From positions 1-35,476 of the IMG/VR virus record IMGVR_UViG_3300045973_000766: DNA of 35,476 nt. The stretch is one strand, 5' to 3'. The stretch is from a virus. Its lineage: Duplodnaviria; Caudoviricetes. Shown in pieces: positions 25,460 to 35,245 of the stretch (position 1 is its first letter; every line of letters starts with the position of its first letter). The notes under the pieces are model-generated. The model was not told the DNA's origin, ran no database searches, and saw nothing but the letters and a program-made list of their open reading frames with translations. The position numbers and the translations under genes are program-made.

Positions 25460-26592
25460 CTTTCTAAAAATTTTATATTCTTATTTATAAGTAAAATATC
25501 TTTCCTTATTTCATCGTTATATAATCCAGCACATAAAATTACTAGAACATTTTTTTTATAGGCTAATATTTCTGGTGATTTTACATATAAATTAGTACCA
25601 TACAATCTTTTATTTTGTTTTTTATTATCATTATCTAATATTGCTACAATTTTTTCTGTTTCTAATCCAAATGATATAAGATATTGTGAGAAAATATGAG
25701 CACCAAACAAATATATTTCATTATTAGTTGAATTGATATGTTTATTAATTTCAATAATAAATTCATTATAATAATCTACACATTCTAGAAATAATATTTT
25801 ATTTTTAGTGTAATAATTTTCTAATGATTTAGAATTATAATTTTTATCAAAAGAATAGGCATAAAAAATACTATGGTCTTCTAAAAAATAATCTTTTTTT
25901 ATTAATCTAAATCCATGTATATTTAATAAATATTCTATATATGGCTCAGTTAAAAATAAGGTGTGTTCAAAATTTAAACAATTAGTCCGCTTATTTTTTA
26001 ACATTTTTTCCATATTTGGTATAGAAAAAATTAAATTAGCACCTTCTTTGATTATTTTCAATATTTGGTTCAAAAAAATATTTGGGTCATAAATATGTTC
26101 AAACAAATGTGAAAAAATTATAGTATCAAAATTAGTATCAGAATTAAAATCATCATCAAAAAATTCTTTTATAACATGAATATTATCTAAATTATTTTCA
26201 TCCGCATTTGGGTCTACAACAGTCCATTCTATATTTTTTTTAACATTTACAGCATTTGCTAAAATACCATGCGCACCACCAATCTCTAGCACTGAATTAA
26301 TTTCAAATTGTGAAATAAAAATTGAAAACTCTAAATGATGGTTGCTCCATAAATATCCAACACTACCAGAGCCATGACTATTCTTATATAAAACATCTAA
26401 TGGTATCAATTTTTTTAATTGTATAATTCCAGTATGTTTACTTATACTCCAAGACATATCAACTTCTATATCAGAATCAATATCATTCTCTGTACATCCC
26501 ATAAAAATTGGAAATTTTTTAAAAGTATATAAATGCTGTAAATCATTTTCATTTGTTAAAACACATTTTTCTCTATCTATTAATTTCATCAT
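25456..26592 (-). CDS. Class I SAM methyltransferase, NDP-sugar C-methyltransferase-like
   Basis: VLEIGGAHG, SHLFEHIYDP, FEHTLF and C-terminal IYLFGA...ILDND.KKQ. Track ORF extends to 26631; ATG 26592 or 26589 is likelier. Confidence 0.82.
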   Translation of the reverse strand: MMKLIDREKCVLTNENDLQHLYTFKKFPIFMGCTENDIDSDIEVDMSWSISKHTGIIQLKKLIPLDVLYKNSHGSGSVGYLWSNHHLEFSIFISQFEINSVLEIGGAHGILANAVNVKKNIEWTVVDPNADENNLDNIHVIKEFFDDDFNSDTNFDTIIFSHLFEHIYDPNIFLNQILKIIKEGANLIFSIPNMEKMLKNKRTNCLNFEHTLFLTEPYIEYLLNIHGFRLIKKDYFLEDHSIFYAYSFDKNYNSKSLENYYTKNKILFLECVDYYNEFIIEINKHINSTNNEIYLFGAHIFSQYLISFGLETEKIVAILDNDNKKQNKRLYGTNLYVKSPEILAYKKNVLVILCAGLYNDEIRKDILLINKNIKFLER

Positions 26593-26602
26593 TATTATTT
26601 TT

Positions 26603-27361
26603 TTATAAAGAGGGCCTGAAATTTCTTTCATTATTCTTTAATAAAAATTTATCAACTATATTTAACCACTCATCAATAAATTTTTCATTTAACCTCGAAA
26701 AATTAGATATAGGTAAATACTCACCATGGTGTGTTATATGTAAAAATTTAAAAAAATAAATACATTCAAAATAACCACATTGATAACTATAATCACTATA
26801 AGGTTTATATATTGAATATTTATCTTTACAATATTTTTGTGCAGTTTCTTCTATTGTTCTATATGTATCATTTTTATGATTTTCCATAAGATCCATAAAT
26901 GAAGACAATTTCCATATTGACGGATTAACATTATATGTAAAAAAACAATCTTGCTTATTTAAATAAAAATCAGAATATCCATCAATATATATTTTTGCAA
27001 TATTATTTATACTATTATCCCGATAATCTCTATCATATTGTAAATCTATTCTATCTATATTTTCATCTATCATTTTATTAACGATAGATTCTATAATTAC
27101 ATCATTTTTATCAACTATAATATCAATATCGTGAATGAATAATATATAATCTAAATCTAGTTCTTTTAAATATAATAACCGACTAGGATAAGTTAAAATA
27201 TCATCATAATAAATTATACCTTTATAATTTGAAAAAATTTCAGATTCAACATTATTATTATTTATAAGTAAATATTTATTTTCGTATGATTTTAGATATT
27301 CAGTTTGAATTTCTAATGTGTCTAAATAATCCGTATGTGAATATATTACATATGTAAGCAT
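26603..27361 (-). CDS. Putative GT-A-like glycosyltransferase
   Basis: YPSRL, YILFIHDID and NPSIWK patterns; operon context. Confidence 0.55.
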   Translation of the reverse strand: MLTYVIYSHTDYLDTLEIQTEYLKSYENKYLLINNNNVESEIFSNYKGIIYYDDILTYPSRLLYLKELDLDYILFIHDIDIIVDKNDVIIESIVNKMIDENIDRIDLQYDRDYRDNSINNIAKIYIDGYSDFYLNKQDCFFTYNVNPSIWKLSSFMDLMENHKNDTYRTIEETAQKYCKDKYSIYKPYSDYSYQCGYFECIYFFKFLHITHHGEYLPISNFSRLNEKFIDEWLNIVDKFLLKNNERNFRPSL

Positions 27362-27921
27362 TATAATATTTCTATTTTTTCATTTGAAAAATTAACAACA
27401 CCTGTTCCAGACCAATGTCCAATTTCAGATATATCATATTTTTCTTTATCTATTGAATTCCAAAAATTTCTCATTCCATCATTCAGATTTATATCATCAC
27501 AAATTAAAAAACCATTAAAATTTGTCTTTAATAATTTATCATAAAATATTTTTTCAATAGTTCCGCTATGTGGATCTATATCTAACAAAATAATTTTAGC
27601 AGATTCTAAAATTTGATCAGTTTCTAAATTAATATCTAATATTTTTTTAATTACATTTTTGTAATTATCTGTGATATATTTTATATCCTTTGATTCTATA
27701 TCATAAGTATATACTAAATTATTCTCATTTTGTGATAATGCAAAACAAGAATGACCCTGACAAGTACCAGCATCTATAATTAATTCATTATCATACAAAT
27801 ATGAAATGTGTGCTAGTAATCTATAATGTTCATTTTCATTTTTTAAATAAGAAAAATCGTTCATTAAATTATCAAAAAAATTTAATTCAGTTTTTTTTAT
27901 TTCATCTTTTATTAATTTCAT
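27361..27921 (-). CDS. Class I SAM methyltransferase (Methyltransf_24-like)
   Basis: IIDAGTCQGHS, YTYDI, LDIDPH and GFLICDDI motifs. Confidence 0.8.
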   Translation of the reverse strand: MKLIKDEIKKTELNFFDNLMNDFSYLKNENEHYRLLAHISYLYDNELIIDAGTCQGHSCFALSQNENNLVYTYDIESKDIKYITDNYKNVIKKILDINLETDQILESAKIILLDIDPHSGTIEKIFYDKLLKTNFNGFLICDDINLNDGMRNFWNSIDKEKYDISEIGHWSGTGVVNFSNEKIEIL

Positions 27922-28667
27922 AATTTTTCAAAATATTTTTTAGCTTCTTCTACAGAAGCTTGTGCTCTACCTCTTGTTTGCGCAAAATATAAAGGATCAA
28001 ATCCACTCCCTATATCTAAAATAGTTATATTTGAATTGAAATTTAATAATTCATTTGCTATTGCTGGTGATTGTAATCCAACACTTAACATAATAATACT
28101 ATCATCAACAATCATGTCGTTAATATCACGCAAGATTACATCATAAGATGAAAATGCATTTATTAATGGAATTACAGTATAATGATCTATATTTAGTAAT
28201 GATTGTAATCCTGATAATCTATCAGGCCCTACGTATATTTTATTTCTATTTGATTTTTTAATTGTTTCATAGAAATCAAATAAATATGGCAATTCTACAT
28301 TGCCCCAACCCAACATTAATAATTCAAATGGTCGAATAAATTTAACAAAATTATCATCAGCACTATGAAGTCCAGTAAAATTACTATACCAATTTAAATT
28401 TTGTTCATCTCTACTATTTATTGGTGGATTAGAATAAAACCAATCATTTATATAAACACCTTTTTTAACCAATTCAGTAAATGCTGATACTAATTTTTCG
28501 CCTAATTCTTTAGAATAAGGATGTAAATCAATATTTATACCTTCCTTATTTTGCATACAATCTATTTCACCATCACCAACTTTAATGACACTAAAATTTT
28601 CATTTTTTATTATCAAATCTTGAAAATATGTAAGATTTTCTTTAATATAGTCTTGTCTTGTTCTCAT
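27918..28667 (-). CDS. GT-D fold (DUF1792-like) glycosyltransferase
   Basis: FSVIKVGDGE at the N-terminus and ILDIGSGFD at the C-terminus. Confidence 0.7.
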   Translation of the reverse strand: MRTRQDYIKENLTYFQDLIIKNENFSVIKVGDGEIDCMQNKEGINIDLHPYSKELGEKLVSAFTELVKKGVYINDWFYSNPPINSRDEQNLNWYSNFTGLHSADDNFVKFIRPFELLMLGWGNVELPYLFDFYETIKKSNRNKIYVGPDRLSGLQSLLNIDHYTVIPLINAFSSYDVILRDINDMIVDDSIIMLSVGLQSPAIANELLNFNSNITILDIGSGFDPLYFAQTRGRAQASVEEAKKYFEKL

Positions 28668-29290
28668 AAATTATTATTTTTAAATAACCAATCTCCACTT
28701 TCTAATCTACATTCTATTGAATAATTATTTTCACTTAATAATTGCAATATATTATTAAAATTATAATAATTATCATTCAAATTATGTATTCTACTATGCT
28801 CAGGACTATCAGATATTTCAATTAAAAAATATTTAGTTTTATGCTTATTAAAATTGAATCCTTTTAAAACTGATAATTCACTACCCTCAACATCTAAAGA
28901 TATTAAATCAAAATTGGTATAATTTGTACTTGATATAACATCATCCATAGTTCTAGCTTCAACTTCTTTATCACCACCTTTATATATAGTTGATTGTTCT
29001 GTTTGTGACATCAAATTCATAGCATCACTAGACAATTCATTAAATGTACCTTTTATGACAGATTTGTTCCAATCATAAGAAACTAATGCACAATTAAAAT
29101 GTTTTGATTTTGGTCTATTATTTTTCAAATCATTAAACCAATCTGATGGTTCAATTAAAATTCCAGTCCAATTCATTGTTTTTTCATATATGTATGTAGT
29201 CGATTGTCTTATACCATCATTTGCTCCAACCTCTAAAAAAATTCCATTTTCAAATGAAAAGTATTTTAATTTTAATTCAATTTCATTCAT
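28664..29290 (-). CDS. FkbM-family methyltransferase
   Basis: FLEVGANDG, WTGILIEP and DLISLDVEGSE motifs. Confidence 0.92.
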   Translation of the reverse strand: MNEIELKLKYFSFENGIFLEVGANDGIRQSTTYIYEKTMNWTGILIEPSDWFNDLKNNRPKSKHFNCALVSYDWNKSVIKGTFNELSSDAMNLMSQTEQSTIYKGGDKEVEARTMDDVISSTNYTNFDLISLDVEGSELSVLKGFNFNKHKTKYFLIEISDSPEHSRIHNLNDNYYNFNNILQLLSENNYSIECRLESGDWLFKNNNL

Positions 29291-30054
29291 AAAAAATATT
29301 TTGTTTTTGGATATTTTAACATAATATAATTAAAATATTTTAAATTATCTCGTTCCCAATAGTCATAATAATGTATATCATCATCGTTTATTTTTACTGG
29401 CTCCCAAATTCTCTTAATACAATTGAAATATATATTCATTATACCTTGTTCGTTTGTTCTTGAGTTGATATATTTATTTGATAAGCTTAATAATTCAACT
29501 TTGGTGTTAGGTTCTATAATATTTGTATCATATAATAAAATACCAGATTGAAAATAATCAATTTCTAAATCATAAGTTGAATATAATTCATTATACAATT
29601 CTGGAAATTGTTTTTGGTCAAATTGAACTTTCAATTTCCATTCAAAAGTTGGATATGCATCCGAATGTGCTAACAATTTATTTGTACAATCTAAATTTAT
29701 AATTTTATCAATTGAATTAAAAATATGCATACCAGCATCAATATATAAACACTTCTTCCAATTTTTAAAGTAAGTATCAAAAATATGAATTTTGTGCCAT
29801 TGAAAAGTCTTTATAAATTCTCTACCATCTGAAGATATAGGTTTATATTTAAGAATTTCAATAACCGCACTTCTATCTATATTTGGAAAATATTTAACAA
29901 TTACATCGTCAATAATTAAATCTTTAAGATCATCTCCAACTAATAACACAATATCATCTTGATATTTACCAACATCTCTTAATTGCGTTATTGTATCTTT
30001 AGCTTTATTGAGATAAGGTTCGTTACACATTAAAATTACACAATTATCAGTCAT
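29287..30054 (-). CDS. Glycosyltransferase family 8-like
   Basis: KIHIF, CLYIDAG, FQSGILL and EQGIMN motifs. Confidence 0.75.
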   Translation of the reverse strand: MTDNCVILMCNEPYLNKAKDTITQLRDVGKYQDDIVLLVGDDLKDLIIDDVIVKYFPNIDRSAVIEILKYKPISSDGREFIKTFQWHKIHIFDTYFKNWKKCLYIDAGMHIFNSIDKIINLDCTNKLLAHSDAYPTFEWKLKVQFDQKQFPELYNELYSTYDLEIDYFQSGILLYDTNIIEPNTKVELLSLSNKYINSRTNEQGIMNIYFNCIKRIWEPVKINDDDIHYYDYWERDNLKYFNYIMLKYPKTKYFL

Positions 30055-30877
30055 GTTTTAAAATTTTATTTTTCCAATATGTTATATGCAATTTATCCAA
30101 ATTAAATTTTGAATTAATTATTCTATCATACTCTTTATCAAGAAAATCTTCTGTTATTTCTTCCCAATTATTAATTAAACAAATAGGTAGATCAGTATAA
30201 AATGAATTATTTATACTCTTTTTTTCAATTGGTATTGAATTTAAGTATAATGTTTCCCATTTTCTATGAGTATCTATACCATTTCCTTCAGGACAAATAA
30301 CAAACTTATGATTATAAATATTATCAATATAATTTTCATAATTTTGACCATTTGTTCCAAATTCAGTAGTGACAAACTTTTTATCATATAATAATCTATA
30401 AGGCGCTCTTCTTTCTTGTAAATTTGTATTCATATTATGATTCATATAAACCAAATTTTTAATATTTTTTTCTGTTTTTGATTTATCTAATATTTTTTTC
30501 TGTTTTTGAATATTTATAAACCATTTACTATTTTCTAATCCAATTGGTAATGATTCTAATCTATCATCTTTACAATTTACATTCTGTGAATACCATTTAA
30601 TTACATTTTCAGGTAAGTTTTCAACATTATTAATATTTATATCACTATTATGCGTAATTACTATAAATTTATTATCTAAATGTCTAATTAAATCAAAAAA
30701 TTGATTTTTATACATTGTATGCAAATAAACAATATTTATTCCGTGTAATTTATTAATATCAAATGTATTAACTTGCTTATTATAATCTTCATTTCTATCT
30801 TCTGTAATGTCTGATGAAAAAATAAAATCAGCTAAATCGTAAAATTTTTCACCTACTATGAATTCCATATTTATCAT
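30047..30877 (-). CDS. Exostosin (GT47)-like glycosyltransferase
   Basis: ITHNSD, LPIGLEN and KFVICPEGNGIDTHRKWETLYLNSIPI. Track ORF extends to 30913; ATG 30877 or 30868 is likelier. Confidence 0.8.
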   Translation of the reverse strand: MINMEFIVGEKFYDLADFIFSSDITEDRNEDYNKQVNTFDINKLHGINIVYLHTMYKNQFFDLIRHLDNKFIVITHNSDININNVENLPENVIKWYSQNVNCKDDRLESLPIGLENSKWFINIQKQKKILDKSKTEKNIKNLVYMNHNMNTNLQERRAPYRLLYDKKFVTTEFGTNGQNYENYIDNIYNHKFVICPEGNGIDTHRKWETLYLNSIPIEKKSINNSFYTDLPICLINNWEEITEDFLDKEYDRIINSKFNLDKLHITYWKNKILKHD

Positions 30878-31626
30878 TATTTTTGCCAACTTGTATACCA
30901 TAAATGAGTGCAATAAGACTCTTCAGTAATGTATTTATTAACTATAATTCTACTTGCTAAATTATCTATTCTAACTTCGTGACGATGTACAGCAGGAAAA
31001 GGATAAAAATATGTTGTAGGAAAAATTACAATTTTTTCTGCCGGATTATTTTCAATATATTCAAAAAGTTTACTTGAAAAATATTTTGGTCCAGTTAATG
31101 CTATAATTTCATCAAAATTATTAGTAGAAACAACTTTTATATCATCTATTAGTGTTTTTATCAAATTATGCTTAGGTTTACAAGCAATTAAGCCATTAAA
31201 AACTTCTGGTTCATTAACATGACCAGTACCAGCAAAAAAATCTAAATGCAGTAGATCATCAAAACTTTTTAGACATTCAAAATCAGTATCTATATATAAT
31301 CCACCTTGATGATATAGTATTTCATATCTAAAAATATCAGACTTTGCTCCTAAATTATTAATTTTATTAAATTGATCAATATTTTCTAAGCCAAATTTAT
31401 AAACATCTTCATCTGTCCATAATTTATATTGCCAATCAGGATTTTTTTCAGTCCAAGTATCTCTTAATCTTTTATATTTATCTGGAATAGCACCACCAAG
31501 CCAAACTTGATGTATTATTTTAGGAATATTTGTTTTAGTATAATGATTATCATAATTTTTTTCTAACATATCCCAAATTTGACTATCATTAACATTATTA
31601 ATCATTAATTTTCTAAATTCACTCAT
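30877..31626 (-). CDS. Glycosyltransferase family 32 (DXD, Och1-like)
   Basis: IPKIIHQVW and SDIFRYEILYHQGGLYIDTD motifs. Confidence 0.92.
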   Translation of the reverse strand: MSEFRKLMINNVNDSQIWDMLEKNYDNHYTKTNIPKIIHQVWLGGAIPDKYKRLRDTWTEKNPDWQYKLWTDEDVYKFGLENIDQFNKINNLGAKSDIFRYEILYHQGGLYIDTDFECLKSFDDLLHLDFFAGTGHVNEPEVFNGLIACKPKHNLIKTLIDDIKVVSTNNFDEIIALTGPKYFSSKLFEYIENNPAEKIVIFPTTYFYPFPAVHRHEVRIDNLASRIIVNKYITEESYCTHLWYTSWQK

Positions 31627-32437
31627 TATTTTCTAAATAATTTTTATAAATATAATCTTCTGCTATTAAATATTCTTTTGCTTTTTCAAAATTATCATTA
31701 ATAGCATCTTTCATCTCATTATATTTTTCAAATGATAATTCATCTAAAATGTTTTGTATTTCATTAAGATTGTTAAATATTATCATACCATCAAGATTAA
31801 AAAATTTACCTATTGATGGACATCCCCAATAAATTGGAACTGTACCTGTCATAAAACAATCAATTACTTTTTCAGTAAAATAAAAATCATTTTGAGTATT
31901 TTCAATAGTTATAGAAAAAGCATAATTTTTTAATCCATTTAATTTATAATCTATTGGATTATAAATACGACCATAAACATCAATATTATTATTAAAATAT
32001 TGAATAATTTGATGTCTTAAATTATGACCATGTGTCATTCTCTTAGATGACGCTATAATAGAAAGCATTTTTGTTTTTTCATAAATTTTTTGATCTTTAG
32101 GCTTAATCCAACAACCGCCAGTAGGGCAAAATTTAAAATTTTCTCCTTTATCTAGCAATTCTTTATTATTAGTCAAAACAGTGTCAAATAATTTATTATT
32201 TGATGCTATCCATCTATACGACTCACTTGTAACCTCTGGTGATTCTAATATCCAAGCAAATTTATTCTTGAAATTTATATTAACTTGATCTAAACTATAA
32301 TCAGTATAAAAAACAACATTATCATTTACATTTGCAGGAAGTCTATTCCAATCAATATATTTAGATTCCTGATAATCTGTACTATATGCTGCATGAGCAA
32401 ACATATAATCATTAATTTTAATTTTTTGCTTCATCAC
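31619..32437 (-). CDS. Glycosyltransferase family 10 (alpha-1,3/4-fucosyltransferase-like)
   Basis: YAFSITIEN...YFTEKVIDCF..GTVPIYWG motif. Confidence 0.88.
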   Translation of the reverse strand: MMKQKIKINDYMFAHAAYSTDYQESKYIDWNRLPANVNDNVVFYTDYSLDQVNINFKNKFAWILESPEVTSESYRWIASNNKLFDTVLTNNKELLDKGENFKFCPTGGCWIKPKDQKIYEKTKMLSIIASSKRMTHGHNLRHQIIQYFNNNIDVYGRIYNPIDYKLNGLKNYAFSITIENTQNDFYFTEKVIDCFMTGTVPIYWGCPSIGKFFNLDGMIIFNNLNEIQNILDELSFEKYNEMKDAINDNFEKAKEYLIAEDYIYKNYLENNE

Positions 32438-33071
32438 TCAAATTATTTTTAACAGCTAACATATCATGTTGTAATCGTGTTAAAGTATAACCTAATGATG
32501 TTAATAATTCATTAGCATAATTAAATCCATTTAATCCATACTCGTTAGCTCTTTCATGCTTTGAAAATGCTTGTTCTTCAAATGTCCAAATTTCATATTT
32601 TATAATATCAATATTAATTCTATTGAAATCTATAGATTTTATAATTTCAGTGTCATATCCTTCAGTATCAATTTGCAAATAATGAATATCTGTTATACTA
32701 TATTTATCACATAAGTCATTAAAAGTCATACTATCAGATTCTATTGATACAAAATCATTTCCCCAATCGGTCATAGGTAACAAACTAAATCCTGGATGCT
32801 CATAATGAATTCCATTAACAGAAACTCCAGTATTTGTATCTTTTGGAATAACTAATTTTACAATACCCTTATTAATTTCAGTTATTGCAACATTTTCTAA
32901 AAAAACATTATCAATACCAGAATAATTATGAAATATTTCCTCATTTAATGATTTATTAGGCTCAACTAATATTACAATAGAAGGTTGTGAATCTTTAACC
33001 ATTTGATTAAATTCATCATTACCGTTATTAACACCAATTTGAACAAAAATTTTATTTTTTTCAAATTCCAT
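32418..33071 (-). CDS. FkbM-family methyltransferase
   Basis: FVQIGVNNG, ILVEP and YLQIDTEGYD motifs. Confidence 0.9.
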   Translation of the reverse strand: MEFEKNKIFVQIGVNNGNDEFNQMVKDSQPSIVILVEPNKSLNEEIFHNYSGIDNVFLENVAITEINKGIVKLVIPKDTNTGVSVNGIHYEHPGFSLLPMTDWGNDFVSIESDSMTFNDLCDKYSITDIHYLQIDTEGYDTEIIKSIDFNRINIDIIKYEIWTFEEQAFSKHERANEYGLNGFNYANELLTSLGYTLTRLQHDMLAVKNNLSDEAKN

Positions 33072-33076
33072 ATTTC

Positions 33077-33895
33077 TTAATTATTTTTTATAAATCTTAT
33101 TTCAACTTCTTGATGACAAGATATATTCTTTAATCCTTTAAAATCTTCTAAATCAATAATATTTCCTTCTAAAAATTGATCATTCATATAATGATGTGAA
33201 ATATTTCCGTGACAATTATTATTAAAATTCTGAACCCTATTTATTGGATTATTAACAATAACAGACTCTTCAAAACATATCATTTTTTTTCTATTTAATG
33301 GATATCCTGCTAATAAATTTTCATATGAATTAGGATTATTAAAAGTTAAAACTTTAGTTATAGCAGCTATATCATTAGTCCTGAAAAAATGACCATCCAA
33401 AGACATAGGATATCCATAATCACCCTTCAAACCTAACCAATTAAATGCTAAATTAGAATCAAAATTTGGAGATTCAAGTCTAGTTTTTAATGGATAGCAA
33501 AAAGTTAAATAAGGATGCAACCTTAATGATAATGTTAAAATTTCATCATTCAAGGTGAACAGCTTAAATGGTGTGCAATCTAATGTGAATGGATTTTTAA
33601 AAACAATATCATCAACAAAAAAAATACTATAAGGATTATCTTTATCTAACAATAATAAAACATGATTTTTAAATGATTGTGATTCTTTTACATAATTTAT
33701 ATTTTTATCAGTATGTAAATTGAAAGTTTTTTCATATCCTGCTTTAAATCTATCATCAGAATATGTATATAACACATTAATAATGTGTTGGTCAAATTCT
33801 TTGAAATATAATTTCATAGAACGAAGTAATAACTCAAGCTGACAACCACGATCACGACTGAAGATAATAATATTAATATTATTCATTATAATCAT
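33077..33895 (-). CDS. GT-A (family 2-like) glycosyltransferase
   Basis: IIFSRDRGCQLELLLRS, FFVDD and YPMSLDG motifs. Confidence 0.7.
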   Translation of the reverse strand: MIIMNNINIIIFSRDRGCQLELLLRSMKLYFKEFDQHIINVLYTYSDDRFKAGYEKTFNLHTDKNINYVKESQSFKNHVLLLLDKDNPYSIFFVDDIVFKNPFTLDCTPFKLFTLNDEILTLSLRLHPYLTFCYPLKTRLESPNFDSNLAFNWLGLKGDYGYPMSLDGHFFRTNDIAAITKVLTFNNPNSYENLLAGYPLNRKKMICFEESVIVNNPINRVQNFNNNCHGNISHHYMNDQFLEGNIIDLEDFKGLKNISCHQEVEIRFIKNN

Positions 33896-34703
33896 TTATT
33901 TTTTTACAAAGATATAAAAATTTGGATTCCTCAATTTTATTTTTCATATAATTTATCTCTTTAACAATCCATTGAATGTTTCCTACTATATATCCCTTAC
34001 TATTATCTATTCTATCTAAAGATGCTTGAAAAGTTTTAATTTTATGATTTTTAGTTTCAAAATCAATAGGCAAATTTGATAATTTACATTTTCTATTTTG
34101 TTTTTCATATATTGACCACGCATATTCAATACTAATCAAAAAATCTATATTTCTTTTAATCGCACCTGATGTTATAACTGACCAATATCTACCTGGTATA
34201 TCTTTATACCCTGTCCAATTATAATTTTTAACATTATCTTTATGATAACAGCCACAACTTTTCACATCACCTTTTATTATATTATAATAATCATATGATT
34301 TAATAATACCACACTCACATTCACATAACCAATGTTTTTTATTATTTATAGTATTTAATTCATTTAAAAAAGTTAATCTATTAAATTTATCTCCTTTTTT
34401 TGGTTGAAAATATATTTTATTTGTATTTAACTCTATATTATATTCTTTCAACTTCAATCTTATAGTATTTATTGAGCAATTAAAATAATTCGATATTTCT
34501 TTTATTAAAATATTATCTTTATATAATTTTTCAAGTTCTATTTTATCAACATTCACATAAGTTTTAAATTTTAAATTATTTTTCAACTTTATATTATTTT
34601 TTTTTAATAATCTTTTAATTGAAACTACTGAATAATTTAATTTAATTGAAATTTCGTCAAATGTCAAACCACTTTTATTATACTCTATAATTTTATTTAT
34701 CAT
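33879..34703 (-). CDS. HNH-like (SLDRID-type) homing endonuclease with N-terminal HTH repeats and Cys module
   Basis: Two HTH-like repeats, WLCECECG...KSCGC and SLDRIDNSKGYIVGNIQW...INYMK. Confidence 0.8.
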   Translation of the reverse strand: MINKIIEYNKSGLTFDEISIKLNYSVVSIKRLLKKNNIKLKNNLKFKTYVNVDKIELEKLYKDNILIKEISNYFNCSINTIRLKLKEYNIELNTNKIYFQPKKGDKFNRLTFLNELNTINNKKHWLCECECGIIKSYDYYNIIKGDVKSCGCYHKDNVKNYNWTGYKDIPGRYWSVITSGAIKRNIDFLISIEYAWSIYEKQNRKCKLSNLPIDFETKNHKIKTFQASLDRIDNSKGYIVGNIQWIVKEINYMKNKIEESKFLYLCKKINDYNE

Positions 34704-35052
34704 TAGCTTTACTTATATTTTTACAAAAATCAATAAAAATTTTATCTGAAAATTTCCATTTCATATAATTTATTTCTCTCGCAATCCATCTAACATTACC
34801 ATCTATATAACCTAGATTATTATTTATTCTATCTAAAGATGCATAATATTCATTATCTTTTAATTTTTTCTTTTTTCTTGCAAAATTATCTAAAATTAAA
34901 TTCACACCGCTTAATGCACATTTTCTATTCTGTTTTAAATATAAATTCCATAAATATTTAATATCAATATTTACTTCCAAATTTCTTTTTTTAGCAGAAT
35001 CAATAAATGTATACCAATAAGTTCCACTTATATCTTCATAATATTTACTCAT
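34693..35052 (-). CDS. Stand-alone HNH-like domain, paralog of the C-terminal half of 33879..34703
   Basis: KQNRKCALSG...SLDRINNNLGYIDGNVRW...INYMK. Confidence 0.8.
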   Translation of the reverse strand: MSKYYEDISGTYWYTFIDSAKKRNLEVNIDIKYLWNLYLKQNRKCALSGVNLILDNFARKKKKLKDNEYYASLDRINNNLGYIDGNVRWIAREINYMKWKFSDKIFIDFCKNISKANDK

Positions 35053-35054
35053 AT

Positions 35055-35068
35055 TCTATATATTAATT
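35055..35068 (-). promoter_or_regulatory. Putative late-type TAATATATAG element heading the HNH plus glycan operon
   Basis: TATATA at 35057-35062, 4 nt before ATG 35052. Confidence 0.4.
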
Positions 35069-35245
35069 TTTCAAACTCTATTTTAACTAAAAACAACAAC
35101 TATTATCATATAAGCATAATAATTAAAAATGTTTTAAATAAATAGAACTTTTTTAATTTATTATTCTATCAAAATAAGATTATTACCTACATATAAGATA
35201 ACTTCAAAAATAGGTGAAGATAATTTCAAAAATTAATCAAAAAAT

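Noticed and set aside
593-26759. Track ORFs 593..784, 1073..1342, 5808..6011, 11714..11923, 14902..15150, 18909..19130, 23442..23660 and 26553..26759
   Set aside because: Each lies within or antisense to better-supported genes and shows no recognisable motif.
24084-33895. Host chromosomal LPS/capsule locus (prophage boundary)
   Set aside because: No membrane or export genes, no integrase or att site, similar AT-rich composition, and flanked by phage-type HNH and leader-bearing genes.
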